Assembly (NCBI GenBank): GCA_965644495.1
Contig: CBFFSA010000012.1
Span: 248,001 to 312,000, forward strand
Direction of reading: 5' to 3'
Source of the DNA: Perkinsela sp. CCAP 1560/9
Taxonomy: Eukaryota > Protista > Euglenozoa: Kinetoplastea
DNA length: 64,000 nt
Shown here: one piece after another, positions 11,032-22,225 of the stretch
Numbering within the stretch: position 1 is the stretch's first letter
Layout of the letters: every line of letters starts with the position of its first letter
The notes under the pieces: model-generated
Told to the model about the DNA's origin: nothing
Database searches by the model: none
What the model saw: only the letters and a program-made list of their open reading frames with translations
Program-made: the position numbers and the translations under genes

Positions 11032-12598
11032 GGGTAATATGCAGTCAAACTGTACCCTAAATTTCATTTTTTTTTTACTTTTTTTTGTCAAAAAAATATG
11101 TGTGAATAATTATTTACTTGATAGTTTTGAGTCATTTTCACCCACTTTTAAGCTTTGTTTACGTCTTAAACCATTGAATGGACTGCTCAGGGTGTAGAAC
11201 TTTTGCGTGCTTGACGCTAGTTACGTCAATTTTGCAAATAACGTCAGAGAATGTTGTTTCCTGGCTAGTAAATCACTCTTTCGGGGCTTATACACAGTGT
11301 CTTCGCTGCAAAGAGAAACCGAGAAGCGATCAATGCTTCAAAAAACTCGAAGACGGTTCGAAGTGCCGCCTAAAAATTCCGAAATTTGGCCCCTTTTTTC
11401 CTTTAAACTGTCGAATTGTTGATAAATTTCGATGTTGGCTGCTTCTAGCGCAAGGTAACCTGCCCTTGAACGCAGCTTTGCAAGCGCTCAGGTCTCTTCG
11501 TTCAGTTCTTACAGACCTAAGTGAAATTGAACGCATATTCAGCATTCCCCGTTCCCCGCACATGCTCATGAAGTACGTTATGGTGGATGAGACATACATT
11601 GGGAAACGCCTGCACCATCGCGGGAGACAAGTCCGCAAACAAAAGTTCTGGTTTATGACGGCTACAGAGGTTGATCCAAACACCGGGAAATCATTGCAAA
11701 CATACTGGGAGGCAACGGTTCGCCGAACGAGAGAGGTTTGCCACAGGTTTGTCCGATCAGTCATAGAAAATAGAAATGCCATGGTAATTACTGATGAGTG
11801 GGCTGCATATCGTGGAATCGATGTCTTTTGCCGACATTACACTATTTGCCACGCTGATGCATTCTCGCGAGAGCACTCCCCGCACGTCAACATTCATATC
11901 AACAACGCAGAGTCTGCCCATGCCAGTGTAAAGGGTTACTGCAAGCGTTTTTTTCACAAATGAGGCAGAAGTTTGGAAAGCTGTCAGGCACGAGCGCATT
12001 TTATTTGCACGGTCTTCTTCAAGGCGGAAGCTAAAAAGCGTTTTCAGAACCTTATGACTGTTATGGCGAGATACTCCTCTGACAATAGCGCGGTATACGG
12101 AGATCAGTCAAATGAAGAAGATGCGGAAGTTTCCAGTGACTCTAGTGAGGAACTTCAGGAAGATTATGAAAGCCCAACCACGCGACTAGGTCGAGCGCTC
12201 ACTGAACATATAAGACTCAAACGCAGATATGGAAGGGATGAAATGGGATTCCACAAGTATATGATAAAAAGTGCCACTGACCGCCACTACACTATTTATG
12301 TTGGTCCTGGTGGTGCTCGATGCACTTGCCGTGACGGACGTCTGGGCAATCGATGTAAGCATATATATTTCATTTTGATGCGGGAACTTGGGGTGGATGA
12401 AAACCATTCAGTTCTATTAAAATCGGAATTTTCATCAGAAGACCTATCGAATTTGTTGTAGACGAGGCAGAAATTATCGGTAAATCGTCTTATTTATATG
12501 CAAATTTGCGTAAAAACAAAAAAGGAACACATATGCGATGGAAATATACAGTTTTTAGAAAAAACAAATTTAGGGTACATTTTGACTGCAGTTGACCC
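11032..12598 (+). mobile_element. Merlin (IS1016/IS1595-like) DNA transposon
   Basis: ~33-bp TIRs GGGTAATATGCAGTCAAACTGTACCCTAAATTT / AAATTTAGGGTACATTTTGACTGCAGTTGACCC; 8-bp TSD AGAATATT/AAAATATT (one mismatch). Confidence 0.85.
11178..12461 (+). pseudogene. Merlin DDE transposase with C-terminal SWIM zinc finger, interrupted by one in-frame TGA
   Basis: MVDETY..K...RGR, ITDEWAAY, HYTICH, HINNAES; 11973-12461 is in the same frame and has CTC..CKHIYFIL (SWIM). Confidence 0.8.
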
Positions 12599-12971
12599 AA
12601 AATATTTTTCCAAAATCGTTTCCCCTATTGTATTTTGATAGTTTGGGACCTACACTAGCTTTCTCCGCAGTTGTTTTCGCAAGGTATCACTTCTTCGAAC
12701 CGTGGTGCGCCCCTCAAAATGACCCATTTTTGACTAAAAAAGGTGAAAAAGTATTTTTCGGACCTAAAGGGGCATTTTTGTGTCGAAAGAATGGTATGGT
12801 TGGAGTCGTATTCTCTACCCAATACGTTCGGTAGGCTTTCATTCATGCCTACGAGTGATTTCCCACGCGCAAATGTCGGATTTAGTGCTCTGAGAGCAAA
12901 AATACGCGAAAATCACCCCATTTTTACCCGAAATTCGGCTATTTTTGGCCATAATCTTTTCGTTTTCCAGG

Positions 12972-14137
12972 CTAAATTTTCTTTTTTAGGCTCTTCGTTA
13001 AACGCGGTGGTGGTTTTCAACTCGGAGAGCGTAGCATGAGTGACTTCTAAGTTGAAAACAACCACCGCGTTTAACGAAGAGCCTAAAAAAGAATTATTAA
13101 GTTAAGCCCAATTCAATGTAGACTAAAAATAGTTAACAAACTAAAGGACCGAGCGAGGACTGGACATGCACACTGGAGTCTACTTCAAACCATTCTGCAT
13201 CGTTGCGCTCATCTTCGCTTTCAAAAGGGATAGTCTATCCCTTTTAGTTCCATCATAGAACTAAATAACTCGTGACGACGGGACCATGCTTGATCAGAAT
13301 TCTCGGTATCCGTTAAAGTTTCTTTGCTAACGCGACATTTTTTCCACGCTGCAACGGTTGCTTCAGTTTGCTTCGGCAACAACATTCATTTGTATGCTTT
13401 AGAAATCGATGCTAAAAGTTGCTCTTCCGACATTTTTGCGCCTAAGCCCTTCGCATCGCCAATCTTCTCTCCCAAGTGGCGTTTCTCCTACAGGATTTGA
13501 GCGACGTGCAAGTGCGTTGGTATCTAACTTGAGGATTCAGTCTGTTGAAAACTCCGACGTCGTAAGGCTGAAGCTAAACACTTCATAAAGAAAACACTTC
13601 AGAAAATAATCTATTTTCACAGTTATTCGAAAAAAGCTTTTTCGAAAATTACTTTTTCTCAATCCACCGCGGTGCTGGTCGATTCCCAAAGCATCAGTTT
13701 CCCCTAAGCACATCAATGTTCCTCATACTTTCAGAATGACTCTTTCGACCCATTTGATGAAAAACGGTATACAAGTTTCAAAAAGAGCTTTATTAATTAT
13801 ACAAGGAAGCATTTTCTTTATAAATCATTTTTTATAAAGGTCGAAAAATGTCCCATTTATTAAAATATATTGGCGGGGATGTACATCATATGCGTCTGTC
13901 TAAACGGGAGAAAGCAAGTCCTCACCAATTACAACGATACTGTTTCTGTAATCACAAGCTTACGTTTAGCATGCTAGTATCTCTTTAGACGTACGCTTAC
14001 ACAAGGACAATAATAATTCTTTTTTAGACGCTTCTTTAAACGCCGTGGTTGTTTTCAACTTAGAAGTCACTCATGCTGCGCGCTTCGCGTTCAGAACTAC
14101 CTCCGCGTTTAGCGAAGAGCCTAAAAAAGAAAAGTTG
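12972..14137. mobile_element. Foldback element with ~125-bp TIRs that are themselves palindromic
   Basis: 12975-13098 and 14010-14135 are reverse complements; each contains two inverted ~45-bp arms (TTTTTTAGGCTCTTCGTTAAACGCGGTGG..TTTTCAACT). Confidence 0.7.
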
Positions 14138-14139
14138 GC

Positions 14140-14302
14140 TACTCACCCTCATCCCCTCCATTCACCCTTACCCATCCAACAACCCCCGCCGTCTCATCCT
14201 CGCCAACTACCCGGCCTCCCGGGCCAAATCTCTCCTACTGGGGGTCGGTCTATAAAGGGCCAAATCTCTCTTACCGAGGTCTCTTACTGGCGGGTCTCCG
14301 GT
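14140..14302. mobile_element. Degenerate fragment of the CCGT-MITE family (see 35802)
   Basis: GGGCCAAATCTCTCCTACTGGGGGTC repeats match the reverse complement of 35802-35890. Confidence 0.5.
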
Positions 14303-14774
14303 GTCTTTGGAAAGCATTCCCATTGATTTCTATAATTATAATATAATTTCTTTTTGTTATAATTTATAAATATTTTATTAATATTATCATGTTTTATTAA
14401 TAAAAATCAATGAGAGGAGGAGTAGTCCTTTTAGATTGGAATACGACATGTATAAGACAATTTTGAAAAAATTGGCCGTTTTTTCATCAAGTTCTGATTT
14501 TTTTCGGTAAAATCTTAACTTGGCGGATTCTGTCTGCGAGTACCACGGTGGTGGGTCACCCCCGGGGAAAATGTCTGCCAAGGACTCGCGGCGGAAAACT
14601 AAAACACCTCCCAGCAACACGTACTTTTTTACCGTTTCTTCACGCTCTTTTTATTTTCACTAGCTCTCGTCGTGGAGCACAGTAACTTTTTGCCGTCCGG
14701 TACTTTACATGTACATAGGCAGACAATTTAAATGACTTTTCAATAGATTATTTATCCACTTTCGTTCCGTTTTA

Positions 14775-16748
14775 ATGTCCAAACGATTGTCAGCCCTGTC
14801 CGATTTACGCAGTACGCTTTCGCTTAAGTGTTCATCCCCTCAATCTTTCCCATCCCGCAGCGAACACCCTTTTGCTCTCTCTCGCCCCGACGGTTCAGCT
14901 CCCCAGCTTCCCTCCCTCTCCCGGACCTCATCCCGGGCTCACTCTCCCTCTCCCACCCCTATCACCCGCGTCCTTCCATCCCTCTCCCTCCCCCATCCCT
15001 CTCCCTGCCCTCCCCCCCTCTCCCGTTCCTACACCACACGAACCCCCCTCACCCACACACCCTCTCCCCCCTTCACTCCCTCCCCTTCATCCTCTAACTC
15101 CCATCATCACACCACAAGCTCCACCCCAACCCCTTCGTCTTCGTCTTCTTTCTCTTCTACGCGTTCTTCTACGAACTCTACAACTCCACCCTCTCACCCA
15201 ACCCCGTCTTCTTCTTTTTCTTCCCGTTCTTCCACGAACACCACAAGCTCTATCCCTTCTTCTTCTTCTTCTTCACGTCCCTCTACGAACTCCACAACCC
15301 CACCCTCTCACCTAACCCCATCCTCTCCTTCTTCCTCTTCTCCACGTTCCTCTACGAACTCTGCCACCCCACCCTCTCACCCCACCCCCTCTTCTTCCTC
15401 CCCTTCTCGTTCTTTCACGAACACGGCAAGCCCTACCCCGTCGTCGTCGTCTTCTTCTTCTTCGAGTTACAAAGGTACACGCTCTTCCACGAACACGGCA
15501 AGCCCTACCCCGTCGTCTTCTTCTTCGAGTTACAACGGCACACGCTCTTCCACGAACACGGCAAGCCCTACCCCGTCGTCTTCTTCTTCTTCTTCTTCTT
15601 CGAGTTACAAGGGTACACGCTCTTCCACGAACACGGCAAGCCCTACCCCCCTAACTTCTTCGTCTCCTTCTTCATCTTCTTCATCTTCTACCACTGCCGC
15701 TTCCCCCCCCTACCCCCCCACCACCCTCAGCGACGTCATCACCTACCTCGAGACCTCCCCCCCGAACGCCGTCCGCCTGCTCCACAAGCTCACCCCCGAC
15801 ACCCGCCGGCGCCTCATCGTCGCCGGCAGCGCCCTCGAGTGGTTCGGCCCCTCCCACGTCGAGAAGGAGCTCACCAAGGCGGACCACGACCGCGACGCCC
15901 TCATCTCCCCCAAGGACTTTGACAAGTGGTTCCACTGCGCCCTCGGAAGGAAGCCAGGGGACAGTGGCAGTAGCAGTGGCAGTGGCAGTAGTGGAAGAGG
16001 GAGTGGTACTACTACGCGTGGGAGTACCAGGAGTAGTGGCACTATGACGAGTGCTGTGAGTAGTGGCACTAGGAGTGGTGGTGGTGGTGAGGGGGAGGCT
16101 ACCCCTGCGGTGCCAATGTCGGTACTGTGTACGATTGGCCTCGCGACGGCGGTTCCGTTCATTGGGTTTGGGTTCCTGGACAACAGTTTGATGCTGGTCG
16201 CGGGGGATGTGATTGACTCCACGGTGGGGCTTCACCTGCACACGAGTGTGATGGCGAGCGCGGCGATGGGGAATGTGGTGAGTGGGTGTGTGGGGATGCA
16301 GGTGCATGGGGTGGTGGACCGGCTGTGGCAGCGGATGGGGTTTGGCATGCCCCCGTTGAGCCATGCGCAGACCCAGCTGCGGGGGGTGTTCCTGGCGGGG
16401 CACGCGGGGGGGACGCTGGGGATCGCGTTGGGGCTGTCGTTGGGGATGGTGCCGCTGTTGTGGATGCCGGACCCGGAGGAGAAGAAGGCGCGGCATGTGT
16501 TTATGGAGGCCACCACGGCGGCGGTGGCGGAGGGGGAGGCGTTGAGTGTGGGGCGGTTGGTGAGGGGGCTGGAGTCGGCGGGGGTGAGGGTGAGTGCGGG
16601 GAGGGTGATGGAGGCGTACGGGAGGGTGAAACAGGGGAAGCAGGGGGGGAAAGGCGGGGTGGGGACGGGGAAGGTGGATGCGGAGATGGAGGTACAGCTC
16701 ACGGCGGCGGAGTTTGTGAGTTTATATAAGGACGTGGTGCGAGGGTGA
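14775..16748 (+). CDS. TMEM65: TMEM65-like mitochondrial membrane protein with EF-hand and Ser/Thr repeat extension
   Basis: AVPFIGFGFLDNSLMLVAGD..ID...S.MASAAMGN.VSG (TMEM65 core); DHDRDALISPKDF EF-hand; basic/Ser presequence-like N-terminus. Confidence 0.8.
   Translation: MSKRLSALSDLRSTLSLKCSSPQSFPSRSEHPFALSRPDGSAPQLPSLSRTSSRAHSPSPTPITRVLPSLSLPHPSPCPPPLSRSYTTRTPLTHTPSPPFTPSPSSSNSHHHTTSSTPTPSSSSSFSSTRSSTNSTTPPSHPTPSSSFSSRSSTNTTSSIPSSSSSSRPSTNSTTPPSHLTPSSPSSSSPRSSTNSATPPSHPTPSSSSPSRSFTNTASPTPSSSSSSSSSYKGTRSSTNTASPTPSSSSSSYNGTRSSTNTASPTPSSSSSSSSSSYKGTRSSTNTASPTPLTSSSPSSSSSSSTTAASPPYPPTTLSDVITYLETSPPNAVRLLHKLTPDTRRRLIVAGSALEWFGPSHVEKELTKADHDRDALISPKDFDKWFHCALGRKPGDSGSSSGSGSSGRGSGTTTRGSTRSSGTMTSAVSSGTRSGGGGEGEATPAVPMSVLCTIGLATAVPFIGFGFLDNSLMLVAGDVIDSTVGLHLHTSVMASAAMGNVVSGCVGMQVHGVVDRLWQRMGFGMPPLSHAQTQLRGVFLAGHAGGTLGIALGLSLGMVPLLWMPDPEEKKARHVFMEATTAAVAEGEALSVGRLVRGLESAGVRVSAGRVMEAYGRVKQGKQGGKGGVGTGKVDAEMEVQLTAAEFVSLYKDVVRG
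15405..15650 (+). repeat. Coding tandem repeat (TRSSTNTASPTPS..SY) with variable TCT tracts
   Basis: Four copies of CACGAACACGGCAAGCCCTACCCC. Confidence 0.85.
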
Positions 16749-17303
16749 GAGGGGGAAAAGGGAGGAGGTTGAATTATCTTGGATCCTATCTTTTTTCATC
16801 TGTGCATTGCGCCTGGTCGTAACGTGGGTAAAATCATCCGAGACATAAAAGCATAGAAAAGTAGACGCATAGAAGGATATTGGTTTGTGACGTTTAGACG
16901 GGTATAATTAAAGAGAGTTGTTGCTCCACATATTCCATGTATAAGTGGATGAAATAGACGAGAAAGGTACAGAGCATATAGGACCCAATTTCGTATTTTT
17001 CGATCACTGTAGGCTAGAATAATCATAGTAAAAAAAGGATAATTAAGATTAATTTTGCCATACTAAATAATCGTGATCTTTTCGCTGAATGCATATTTGT
17101 TAGATTATTTTTCAGCATTGTTTCTTCACGGATATGACATCATCACATTGTACGCTATCCTGGATTTTTTATAGTATACGTATTCTAGTTTGAAAACTCT
17201 ACTTTTCTTGCAGTGAGGGATATAATTTTACTGTTTTTACTCATCATTGCAACGTAAAATTAGATTTGTTGCCCTATGTTTTTCTAGAAATCATTATAGA
17301 GTA

Positions 17304-18266
17304 ATGAGGGTGAAAGTTCGTTCCAAAGCCGCGGCAGATATTGTCAAGGCAGCCGTCAAAGTCAACCAAAAGAAACGGGCGGCTCGCGAACTCAAATCTA
17401 TCCTAGAAACCGATCTCACACCGCAACCCAAACCTAAAAAGAACAAAACTGTCTGTAAAACCGAAGTCTCGACAACGGGCGAACCCCTCGCCCCCTCCCT
17501 GAAAACGAACCTCGCGATCAGCCGGCATTTCAAGGCGCTGTCGTACTACACCGCCAAGGCCGATGCCCAGTGGCCCTCCCGTGCCTACGCCAAAGTGAGT
17601 GATCTAATAGCCACCCAGAAGAAGCCTGTGTCTTGTGGCAAGGAAGCCTCCACGATTCGAGGCATTGGAAAAGCCAGCGCAGCGCTTATTGATGAATTCC
17701 TTGAGCGTGGCACCACAGAATCTCTCGAACACTATGAAGAAGAGTTTGGGGAGGTCGACGCCGATACGCGTGCGTTCTGGGACAACCAAACGAGCTACTA
17801 CAAGGAGGACCTTAAGAAAACAAAACAAGAAGAAAAAGAAGCCCTCTCACGTGGTGAGGATCCTAAAAGGAATAAGAAAAAGAAAACTCAAAAACAAGGT
17901 GTCAGCGTCGCCGAGAAACGTAAAATTGCGGCCCAGCGAAAACAACTGGCCTCTGTGAATGTGAAAACACTGCAAGCTGCGTTACGCCGAAATGCACAGA
18001 AAATTACGGGCCGCAGGGACGAGTTAGTCGAACGCGTGGCTCAGGGAATTGTGCTGGGCGCACTTCCGCTGTGTCCATTGTGTGGAATGGGAAAATTACG
18101 ATTCGATTTACGCACGGGTGTCTACAGCTGTCCCGGATTTAGGGACGAGAACAATTACCACTCTTGCGCTTTCGAAAGTACGAATGTGGAGCGAACGCCA
18201 TGGAAGGAGGAGACGGAGGATGAAAATGTAGAAAAAACTGGTTTGGTGGAAGACTCCGGATGGTAG
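17304..18266 (+). CDS. PolX/Pol-beta N-terminal HhH (8-kDa lyase-like) domain fused to PARP1 PADR1 (Zn3) domain
   Basis: N.AIS..F..L...RAY.K....I...IRGIGKASAALIDEFLERG; L..AL..N.QK.TG.RDELVERVA.G..LGALPLCPLC..G.L....GVYSCPG. Confidence 0.75.
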   Translation: MRVKVRSKAAADIVKAAVKVNQKKRAARELKSILETDLTPQPKPKKNKTVCKTEVSTTGEPLAPSLKTNLAISRHFKALSYYTAKADAQWPSRAYAKVSDLIATQKKPVSCGKEASTIRGIGKASAALIDEFLERGTTESLEHYEEEFGEVDADTRAFWDNQTSYYKEDLKKTKQEEKEALSRGEDPKRNKKKKTQKQGVSVAEKRKIAAQRKQLASVNVKTLQAALRRNAQKITGRRDELVERVAQGIVLGALPLCPLCGMGKLRFDLRTGVYSCPGFRDENNYHSCAFESTNVERTPWKEETEDENVEKTGLVEDSGW

Positions 18267-18589
18267 CAAAGAGAGGGCAACCAACGTGTGCGTTTCGACG
18301 TGACAAGGAAAATACCCAACCTAGGGAAATATTTTTCTCTAGGCTTCGAGTGCTTTTATCCACTTTGTTCTTGCAGTTTTGTCCATGAGTAGAAGGAACG
18401 AAGACTCGAATAGTGGACTTATTTCAGTAGTCTAACATGTGCATAGGATATTTGTCCTTAACAAACACTATTCAATTTTTTGGTGTTCTGTTTTAAGTTG
18501 TTTTAATCTGAAATTTGCATCTTTTTTCTTGCAGATTACGTAAACCTCGGTTTTTTTAAACGTTTTTGTCAAAAACGTTTCGTATCTTT

Positions 18590-19325
18590 TAGCTTCATAC
18601 TTTCAAACGTCTACTTTGCCGACACTCCAACAACGCATACTACGCGCGCCGGTAAAGTAAGAGGTGCGAATCTACCACAAGAATATGAGCTTATGAAAAT
18701 GCTTCATAACGTAACTTACACGCACCATTCATGGTCCGTTGAAATTCCGGCATGCATGTGGTTTGGTATTCAATGCGTTAACAGACGAGTTGGTCCACCG
18801 TCGCTCGATTTACGAACTCGAAATTCCATGGAACGCTATCTTTTTCTCATCTTCTACCCTCTGTTGAGATGTTTGATGTGAGCAACAATTCCTTAGAGGG
18901 AGAAGTACCAGTGGGTGTACTATATTCCGCTCTAAAGCGGTTGAATCTCGTGGCTAACAATTTTAGCGGGAGAATCGATTTAACTAGTTTACCCGTGAGC
19001 ATGAAATATCTTCTTTTGAGTGACAATGGTTTTGAGGGAGACATTACGTTGAATGCGCTTCCTACGTTGCTTCTACAACTTGAACTCACCGCAAATACTT
19101 TTACAGGGGGTCTTGATTTGACTTTACTCCCGAATACAGGTGTCAAGACTGAATAATAACCATTTTTCTGGTGATATCAACTTAGCTCTTCATCCCCCAT
19201 CACTGACTCGTATAACACTAAGAAACAACGAAGCGCTAAGTTGTGTAGTGAAAAGATCACAACTTCCACAGGCTTTACGCCCGTTTTCCGTTGAAAACAC
19301 GAGGATTTCTTTTTTTGATGAATAG
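18590..19325 (+). pseudogene. LRR pseudogene
   Basis: FAD..TRAGKVRGANLPQEYEL, cap, and LRRs split over three frames by frameshifts and a deletion. Confidence 0.8.
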
Positions 19326-19931
19326 ACTAATTTTGGGAAAGTAACTAAAAAGGAAAGTAACTTTTTTAGCCATAAATAATGTGCCCCTCTTATTTTTCAC
19401 TTTTTGGCTTTTCATTCGACTACGGTTCCTTTCATTCGACTACCCCTCCCCACTTAATATGTGTCATTTTTTATGTCTCATTTTTTTCGATGAAAATTAC
19501 AAATCAAGAGTTGTAGCTCATCGTTGTAGTGTCATCGTCTCTACTTTCCGACACATATTTCGTACAAGGGAGCTTAGGGGGATTGCGGCACCACTTTGCC
19601 CTTCAATATTTTTCAGGTCTGCAAGTTCTCGATGTTTTCCGCTCATTTCAGCCCGTAAATTTATTCGTCTTAATTAATACGGCAACGTATGTTTTTACAG
19701 TTTCTTTCAACATCACGTCGCATCTTGTCTTTATGTCGCATCAGTCCTTCTTTACCGGCCTCAACCACGTCCGAAACAGCGGCTCCACACTCCTACAAGA
19801 CGCATATAGTAATCGACGCGTGTAGTAATCCGTAACCAAAATGTAGTAAATTACTACCGATCAAACATCATGTGGTAATTTCAACTCATCGAAAAAATAA
19901 TTTCTTTTTACTATTTTTTTCACAGGCTTCT

Positions 19932-20663
19932 ATGGACGTGGCTCCTTCCGGCTACAAGTCTCGGGCCGCAAGAGTAGGAATAGCACATCTGCCTTCCGAA
20001 TTCGAACTCGCGCGACTTATCTCGGGCATTGAAAATCCGCATTCTTCGTGGAACACAGACACTTCGGCCTGCAAGTGGGAGGGAGTCGTGTGTAACGCAG
20101 ACGGGGAGGTAGTTGAAATACGGTGGCAAAAGCGGGCGTACGTGTCAATTATGCCAAAGCTGTCTGGAATATTGTTTTTCGAATATCTCCCCCATACACT
20201 TTCTGTGTTCGATGCATCAAACAACCAACTAACCGGAGAAATACCCTTTGAGCGTCTACGTGGGATTCAGACATTAAATCTCTCCGACAATTGCTATTGC
20301 AAAAGACTTGATTTAACCTCTCTTCCAGAGAGCATGACACACCTAAATTTAAGTAACAATGAATTTACAGGTGAAGTATCTCTCAGCGTACTCCCAGCGC
20401 AGTTGTACGAATTGTGTCTAAGTGGAAACTTGCTCACTGGGCTCCCAGACTTAACGGCATTACCCAAGAGCATGACGTTATTGTCTCTGGACCGAAACCA
20501 GTTCTCAGGTGTCGTTGACTTAACTCGACTCCCATCAACTCTGCGCAGTTTGCACCTCGCCGATAATCGAGACCTTTGTGGCTCATTTAAGAGTTCAGAT
20601 CTCCCGAAGAACGTCCGACACAGGATTTTTGCGTGGAATACTGATATCCGCGTTATCGGCTAA
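19932..20663 (+). CDS. Leucine-rich repeat protein
   Basis: SRAARV..HLPSEFEL, SSWNTDTSACKWEGVVC cap, LRRs. Confidence 0.85.
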   Translation: MDVAPSGYKSRAARVGIAHLPSEFELARLISGIENPHSSWNTDTSACKWEGVVCNADGEVVEIRWQKRAYVSIMPKLSGILFFEYLPHTLSVFDASNNQLTGEIPFERLRGIQTLNLSDNCYCKRLDLTSLPESMTHLNLSNNEFTGEVSLSVLPAQLYELCLSGNLLTGLPDLTALPKSMTLLSLDRNQFSGVVDLTRLPSTLRSLHLADNRDLCGSFKSSDLPKNVRHRIFAWNTDIRVIG

Positions 20664-20906
20664 TTCTTTATTAATAAAACATTATGAGTTAATTCATCAT
20701 TTATTACTGAATATCATTCAACGTAACCAACATGTGGAGCCTAGAGGGGTGATCTTCAAATCTCCTCGTTCCTGCCGTTTGGTTAAAAACCGCAGCACTA
20801 TGTAATGTACATGTGACAGTAGTTCAAAAGATTTTTTTCTATCACCTGTGAATTAGATTTTTCCTAGATTTCCTTAGTCTAAAATATCATCATTTGCTAT
20901 TATATA

Positions 20907-21934
20907 TTGTTTTTATCTTTCTTCAGTAGCGACACAGGTATTACTCGTCCTGCCAAAGTGCGAGGTGCTTTTCTCCCGCAGGAATACAGTATGGTACGAC
21001 TTATGTCAAATATTTCTAATCCCGACGAATCATGGACAACTGAAACGAGGGCATGTGAATGGAGTGTAGTAGACTGTGATGAAAATGAAAGGATGTACAT
21101 TGCCGTAGGTTCCACTGGGCTTTATGATAATGCGCATGATGATGTGGATAAGTATTCCGGTACATTCGCATGGATCCATATACCAGATATCACTCAATCT
21201 TTTGTGGTGAGGGACCAACCACGAATTACAGGCACGCTACCAATGTCGGACCTCCCTTCTCTACTTCATTTTTTTCAAATAATACGTTGTAATCTTTTTG
21301 GTCCCATCGATCTAACAGTGCTACCTCCTTCTCTAACGTATGTAAATCTCAGAGGAAATCAGTTTAGCGGCACGCTGGAGTTCACGTCCCTCCCTAAAAA
21401 TCTATCTCGTCTAATTTTGAGCCGGAATGGATGGGAGTGACGTGTGATACAAACGAAAATGTAAAGGATATTATGATAGCATTTTACCGGGGGCTTTTTG
21501 AAAGCGATGATGTGGAATATTCCGGTACTTTCGCGTGGATCCATATGCCACGTACTACTCAGTCTTTCTCTGTAACTTGTCGAAGAGGAGTTACCGAAAC
21601 ACTACCTATCGCGGATCTTCCTACCCTACTTGTTCGACTTCGAGTTGAATATTGTAATCTTTTTGGTCCCATCGATCTAACCGCGCTACCTCCTTCTCTA
21701 ACGTATGTAAATCTCGCAGGAAACCAGTTTAGCGGCACGCTGCAGTTCACATCCCTCCCCGAAAATCTAACTTATCTAATATTGAGTGATAATCGGTTTG
21801 AAGGCCTGGTAAATTTTTCAAGATTAGTTACTCAACCCAGTCATATTGATCTCAGTGGAAATCAGCTACATGCTACATCTCACATTCCGCCGTTTGTTCT
21901 TTTAAAAAAATTAAATCAGACCCTCCCAATATGA
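20907..21934 (+). pseudogene. Two head-to-tail fused LRR units (partial tandem duplication, out of frame)
   Basis: Unit 1 (RPAKVRGAFLPQEY) is truncated at ~21428 and joined to the cap (EWMGVTC) of unit 2; near-identical tract 21287-21400 vs 21653-21765. Confidence 0.7.
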
Positions 21935-22225
21935 TACTTCCCTATAGTACCCCCCAGTAAGAGAGATAACGCCTTTTAGGTTGACCTATACAGTAAGATT
22001 AATGGAAGGAGGTATTCTAAAGGCCTTAGTGGCACTTATTATACATTCTACCCAGGAGGTACATTAGGTGTCCCTAGGTACAATAGCCCGGACAGTGGTC
22101 TAGCCCCATTTTCTATACCATGTACTCTTGTTCCCGTGCAGCCACTTGTATCGCACATTTCCTGTTTCCTTTTGATCTTTTACCCTAAATTATAGACACA
22201 CACCCCTGGCCTCTGCTCTTCCTCC

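Larger units (their letters stand above)
10665..14679. mobile_element. Old long-TIR non-autonomous DNA element hosting nested insertions
   Basis: 10880-10980 is an imperfect inverted copy of 14495-14590 (AACTTGGCGGA...GGTCACCCC.GGG...GGAAAATG); ends GGCTCTAC / GTGGAGC. Confidence 0.45.

Noticed and set aside
11961-11963. Alternative genetic code or TGA read-through in Merlin (and TAA in pogo)
   Set aside because: Host genes end normally at TGA, TAA and TAG; single nonsense mutations are simpler
15681-16729. Long antisense or alternate-frame ORFs over TMEM65, SF3B3 and other GC-rich genes
   Set aside because: Shadow ORFs caused by GC3 bias
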